In this document: positions 28,429 to 32,000 of the stretch, in pieces | Numbering within the stretch: position 1 is the stretch's first letter | Layout: each line of letters starts with the position of its first letter | From: Synechococcus elongatus PCC 6301 | GTDB taxonomy: Bacteria > Cyanobacteriota > Cyanobacteriia > Synechococcales > Synechococcaceae | Reading direction: 5' to 3' | Length of the DNA: 32,000 bases | NCBI RefSeq assembly: GCF_000010065.1 | Contig: NC_006576.1 | Span: forward strand, 1,110,001-1,142,000 | Notes under the pieces: generated by a model | What the model was told of the DNA's origin: nothing | The model's input: the letters and a program-made list of their open reading frames with translations, nothing else | The model's database searches: none | Made by a program: the position numbers and the translations under genes

Positions 28429-29913
28429 TCAAAGGGCAGCGGCGATCGCCTGCGTCACAGTTTCCAGAACTTGCACTCGGGCAAAACGTTTGTCATTGCC
28501 TGCCACGATCGTCCAAGGCGCGATCGCGGTACTGGTACGTTGCAGCATTTGATTGACGGCGACCTCATAGAGCGGCCATTGCTCACGGTTACGCCAATCT
28601 TCGTCTGTTAATTTGTACTGCTTAAAGGGACTGTCCTTACGCTCTTCAAACCGCTGCAACTGCTCATCGGCGCTGATGTGCAGCCAAAACTTAACCAAGA
28701 TGTAGTCAGCCGTTACGAGCTGGGCTTCAAACTCATTAATTTCACCATAGGCTCGCTGCCACTCGCGATCGCTGGCAAAGCCCTCAATCCGCTCCACCAA
28801 GACGCGACCGTACCAACTGCGGTCAAAAATGCCGATCGCACCCCGCGCCGGTAGACGTCGCCAGAAGCGCCAGAGGTAGTGTTGCTGCTGCTCCTCGGTA
28901 TTGGGGGCACTGAAGGGATGCACCGCAAAACTACGGGGATCGAGTTGGCTGGTCAGACGTTTAATCGCTCCGCCTTTGCCAGCCGCATCCCAGCCTTCGA
29001 ACAGAATCAGCACTGGGCGGCGATCGCGATCGAGTTGCCGTTGTAGCTTCAGCAAATCGATTTGGGCTTCGCCCAAGCGGCGATGATAGTCGACCTCACT
29101 CAATTTCTGCGTTAGATCAACCTTGGATAACCAATCCGGTTCCATTGGCGCCAGCTTCGTCTGGGCAGGGAGTTGGGGCTCCGTCGTCGCCTGCTGCAAT
29201 TGAGCCCGTTCTAACCGCGATCGCAGGGCAGCCGTCAGCGTCGTCAGGGATTTGATGCTAGCCCAGCGCCGACAATCGGCCTCCACCAAGGTCCAAGGCG
29301 CAGCCCCTGTGCTGCTGTAGATCAGCATTTCCTCGGCCAACTGACGGTACTGGTTATAGTGTTTGGCTTGCTGCCAATCCTCGGGCCGAATCCGCCAAGC
29401 ATGCAGTTCATCTTTAGCCGCTTTTTTGAGGCGCTTACGCAGCTTCTCTTTGCTGACATGCATCCAGAGTTTGATGATCACCGCACCGTCATCGTGCAAT
29501 TGCCGTTCAAAGGCATTGATCTGCTGAATGGTTTGGGGCACTTGGGCTGGGTCAATGCGATCGAACAACCGATCTTCCAAAACCCGCGTGTACCAGCTGT
29601 GATAGAAAATGCCGACTTTGCCCTGAGGGGGTAGGCGCAGCCAAAACCGGCGCAGGAAGGGAAATTGCTGCTCTTGTTCCGTGGGCGGCCAGACCGGGTG
29701 AACAATAAAGCCCCGCGGATCCATGTACTCCACCAAGCTGCGAACATAGTCACCTTTCCCGGATGCCGCCCAGCCTTCGAGCACCACAATCACGGGAATA
29801 CTGGCTTGCCAGCATTGCCGTTGCAGATTGGCCAAATCCAGCATCAATCCCTCGACTTGCTGCTGATAGGCTTCTTTGGAGAGGCAATGGCTGAGATCAA
29901 GGGTTTCTAGCAT
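28429..29913 (-). CDS. Double-domain PPK2 family polyphosphate phosphotransferase (polyphosphate:AMP phosphotransferase-like)
   Basis: Two PPK2 modules: VIVVLEGWAASGKGDYVRSLVEYMDPRGF... and LILFEGWDAAGKGGAIKRLTSQLDPRSFAVHPF...IFDRSWYGRVLVERIEG. Start MLETLDLSHCL preferred over 29958. Confidence 0.9.
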   Translation of the reverse strand: MLETLDLSHCLSKEAYQQQVEGLMLDLANLQRQCWQASIPVIVVLEGWAASGKGDYVRSLVEYMDPRGFIVHPVWPPTEQEQQFPFLRRFWLRLPPQGKVGIFYHSWYTRVLEDRLFDRIDPAQVPQTIQQINAFERQLHDDGAVIIKLWMHVSKEKLRKRLKKAAKDELHAWRIRPEDWQQAKHYNQYRQLAEEMLIYSSTGAAPWTLVEADCRRWASIKSLTTLTAALRSRLERAQLQQATTEPQLPAQTKLAPMEPDWLSKVDLTQKLSEVDYHRRLGEAQIDLLKLQRQLDRDRRPVLILFEGWDAAGKGGAIKRLTSQLDPRSFAVHPFSAPNTEEQQQHYLWRFWRRLPARGAIGIFDRSWYGRVLVERIEGFASDREWQRAYGEINEFEAQLVTADYILVKFWLHISADEQLQRFEERKDSPFKQYKLTDEDWRNREQWPLYEVAVNQMLQRTSTAIAPWTIVAGNDKRFARVQVLETVTQAIAAAL

Positions 29914-30055
29914 CTGCAAACAACACCTGACGGTTCTTCTCAACTTGCCACAGCCCACCTTCGGGACCGCCTCCCTTCCACCCAGCTTTAGCCCGCACCG
30001 CCAGCGGAGTTTGGCAAGGGTTAGGGCAAGAACGCTCTATGTCAAAATGTGAAGC

Positions 30056-31003
30056 GTGAGAATTCTTGATGACCTAGACCCAGTTTCTGGTCCCACTGCG
30101 ATCGCGCTGGGCAACTTTGATGGCATCCACCTAGGGCATCAGCAAGTCATCGCGCCGGTTCGGGCAGCTCATCGCAGCCATCCCGACTGGATGCCGTCGG
30201 TGGTGACCTTCAACCCCCACCCCCAAGCTTTCTTCTCCGGCGATCGCCTGCCCTCCATTACCCCCGTTGCTGAAAAGGCAGAACTGCTGCAAGGGTTGGG
30301 CATCGAACAGTTGGTCTTGCTGCCCTTCACCCGCGAGCTGGCCAACCTGACGCCCGAACAGTTTGTCTCAGAGGTATTGGTTCAACACCTCCAAGCGAGG
30401 CAAATTAGCGTTGGCCAAGATTTTCGGTTTGGGCGAGGACGGAGCGGCTCGGCGCAGGATCTGCAAGCGATTGCCCAGGGCCGAGGTATTCCCACCACGA
30501 TCGTGCCGCTGTTTAAGCACCGTGACTTGCGGGTCAGCAGCTCTGCGATTCGCAAAGCCCTCGACCAAGGTCAGCCTGAGCTGGCAGCGGCTTGGTTAGG
30601 ACGCCCCTATCGCCTGACCGGTTGTGTGATTCTGGGACAGCAGCTCGGACGGCAATTGGGGACACCAACTGCCAATCTCCAGCTTCCGGCCGATAAGTTG
30701 TTGCCCCGTTGGGGAGTCTATGCTGGCCGCGCTCATCTACCCGAGCAAGGACTGCACAATTTACCCGCCGTGCTGAATGTCGGTCAGCGACCCACCGTAA
30801 CTGGCGATCGTAGCGTCAGTGTCGAAGTCCATCTTCTGGACTGGCAGGGCGATTGCTACGGTCAGCTGCTGCAGGTTGATCTGCTGCACTTTTTGCGACC
30901 TGAACAGAAATTTGACTCGCTCAGTGCTTTGACGCAGCAAATTCAGCAAGACTGTCGCTTGGCGCGATCGCAGCTTGCAACAGAGTCATCGAGCTTGGCT
31001 TGA
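30056..31003 (+). CDS. ribF: Bifunctional riboflavin kinase / FMN adenylyltransferase
   Basis: TAIALGNFDGIHLGHQQVIAP, SVVTFNPHPQAFF, VSSSAIRKALDQGQPELAAAWLGRPY, VLNVGQRPTV, VEVHLLDWQGDCYGQLLQVDLLHFLRPEQKFDSLSALTQQIQQD. Confidence 0.95.
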   Translation: MRILDDLDPVSGPTAIALGNFDGIHLGHQQVIAPVRAAHRSHPDWMPSVVTFNPHPQAFFSGDRLPSITPVAEKAELLQGLGIEQLVLLPFTRELANLTPEQFVSEVLVQHLQARQISVGQDFRFGRGRSGSAQDLQAIAQGRGIPTTIVPLFKHRDLRVSSSAIRKALDQGQPELAAAWLGRPYRLTGCVILGQQLGRQLGTPTANLQLPADKLLPRWGVYAGRAHLPEQGLHNLPAVLNVGQRPTVTGDRSVSVEVHLLDWQGDCYGQLLQVDLLHFLRPEQKFDSLSALTQQIQQDCRLARSQLATESSSLA

Positions 31004-31042
31004 GGCGGCAAGTGCGAGCTGGCCGCGATTGCTCAGAGGAAT

Positions 31043-31180
31043 TTAGAAGCTGTAGGCGGCATTGAGACCCCAGAGGATCAGCAGACCAATGCTGCCAAGA
31101 ATCAGGACAGCCGATAAGCCGATCGCCAAGGGATTGTCAGCGCCTTGGAACTTCATGATGCCGCGGTTGAGATCGGACAT
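31043..31180 (-). CDS. 45-aa single-TM protein, possibly a small thylakoid/photosystem-associated subunit (not in ORF track)
   Basis: Manual reverse-strand translation: MSDLNRGIMKFQGADNPLAIGLSAVLILGSIGLLILWGLNAAYSF*. One strong TM helix and a polar N-terminus. Confidence 0.7.
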   Translation of the reverse strand: MSDLNRGIMKFQGADNPLAIGLSAVLILGSIGLLILWGLNAAYSF

Positions 31181-31439
31181 AGTTTTGCAAGAACAACAAC
31201 GATGATTAGCGGTGTTTATCACTACCTCTAGTGTTCGCTAATCATTTCTAAATCGCAACCCTTGAACCAGTGATCCCACGGGATCATCACCCTAGAGCGA
31301 TCGCATCTTTATAAAAACTGGGTCAAAGTCGCACTGTCGTCTTTTTTCAACGCATCAAAGCTTAAGATCTGCGTTGATTTCCGTCCTAGAGTCAATCTCT
31401 GCTGAATACTCAGAAGTTTAGCGATACAAGCGGCCAAAG

Positions 31440-32000
31440 TTAGGCAAAGGGGATAACGCGATCGCGGCCGGATTGTTTACCTTGATACATCGCCGCATCA
31501 GCCCGAGCGATGAGTGTATCAATCGTTTCGGCAGGCTGAATCAGCGTGACACCAATCGTCATGGTCTGAGCTACACATCCTGCGTCTGTAGAAATAGGCT
31601 GAGCAACCACATAACGCAACTTCTCCGCGATCACTACTGCATTTTTGAGCGAGTGAACACCTTGCAAAACGACTAGAAATTCATCACCACCAATCCGTGC
31701 TGCAAAATCATTGCTACGAATCGCTAACTTGATCCGTCTTGCCACAACTTGAAGGACTGTATCACCAGCAAGATGACCAAAGTGATCGTTGACATCTTTG
31801 AAGCAATCTAGGTCACAAAATAGAACAGCAAATTCTTTCCCATGACGGCGATCGAGAGCACAAAGGGCTTGAATCCGGGCGATCGCTTCTCGACGATTAA
31901 TGAGTCCTGTTAATTCATCCGTTTTTGCCTGACGTGACAACTCTTGTTCAGTATATTTTTGACTAGTGATATCGACATTAACACCCATAACGCTCAATGG
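31440..32000 (-). CDS. PAS/GGDEF diguanylate cyclase, partial: N-terminus lies beyond the window edge
   Basis: Starts inside a PAC-like tail (SVMGVNVDITSQKYTEQELSRQAKTDELTGLINRREA) and contains VLFCDLDCFKDVNDHFGHLAGD and RIGGDEF. Confidence 0.92.
   Translation of the reverse strand, partial: PLSVMGVNVDITSQKYTEQELSRQAKTDELTGLINRREAIARIQALCALDRRHGKEFAVLFCDLDCFKDVNDHFGHLAGDTVLQVVARRIKLAIRSNDFAARIGGDEFLVVLQGVHSLKNAVVIAEKLRYVVAQPISTDAGCVAQTMTIGVTLIQPAETIDTLIARADAAMYQGKQSGRDRVIPFA

Overview
This window reads as an ordinary, gene-dense chromosomal segment from a beta-cyanobacterium. It is rich in HIP1 (GCGATCGC) palindromes, and many proteins match my recollection of Synechococcus elongatus (PCC 7942/6301 type); the strain assignment is inference. 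I see no CRISPR array, prophage, transposon, rRNA or convincing tRNA.

Recognisable content, left to right: partial sugar-ABC permease; aroB; a SnoaL/NTF2-like gene with an apparent frameshift; MAPEG protein; two small exported Cys-containing proteins; pentapeptide-repeat protein; carboxysome shell protein CcmP; conserved hypothetical; AI-2E-type permease; recJ; S41 C-terminal protease; DUF309; LptA-like, LptB and LptF/G-like genes; CcsA/CcsB (Ycf5-like); MtnX-like HAD phosphatase; an exported HEXXH protein; geranylgeranyl-reductase-family flavoprotein; frr; pyrH; glpX (FBPase/SBPase); hemA and a tightly packed downstream set; O-methyltransferase; NDP-sugar pyrophosphorylase/phosphomannomutase-like fusion; tiny membrane ORF; methyltransferase; ParS/Xre-RES toxin-antitoxin pair; double-domain PPK2; ribF; 45-aa single-TM protein; partial GGDEF protein.

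I did not find a strong candidate for a wholly new system. The best leads are:
1. a RES toxin ORF cut by an in-frame TAG, with the canonical RES C-terminus still encoded in the same frame;
2. a one-base frameshift at an AAAA run that separates a SnoaL-like protein from its N-terminus;
3. adjacent exported miniproteins sharing a CWV...CAY motif;
4. the compact ccmP neighbourhood with uncharacterised genes;
5. apparently catalytically degenerate domains in the nucleotidyltransferase/mutase fusion and in the N-terminal PPK2 domain;
6. very small membrane proteins missing from the ORF track.
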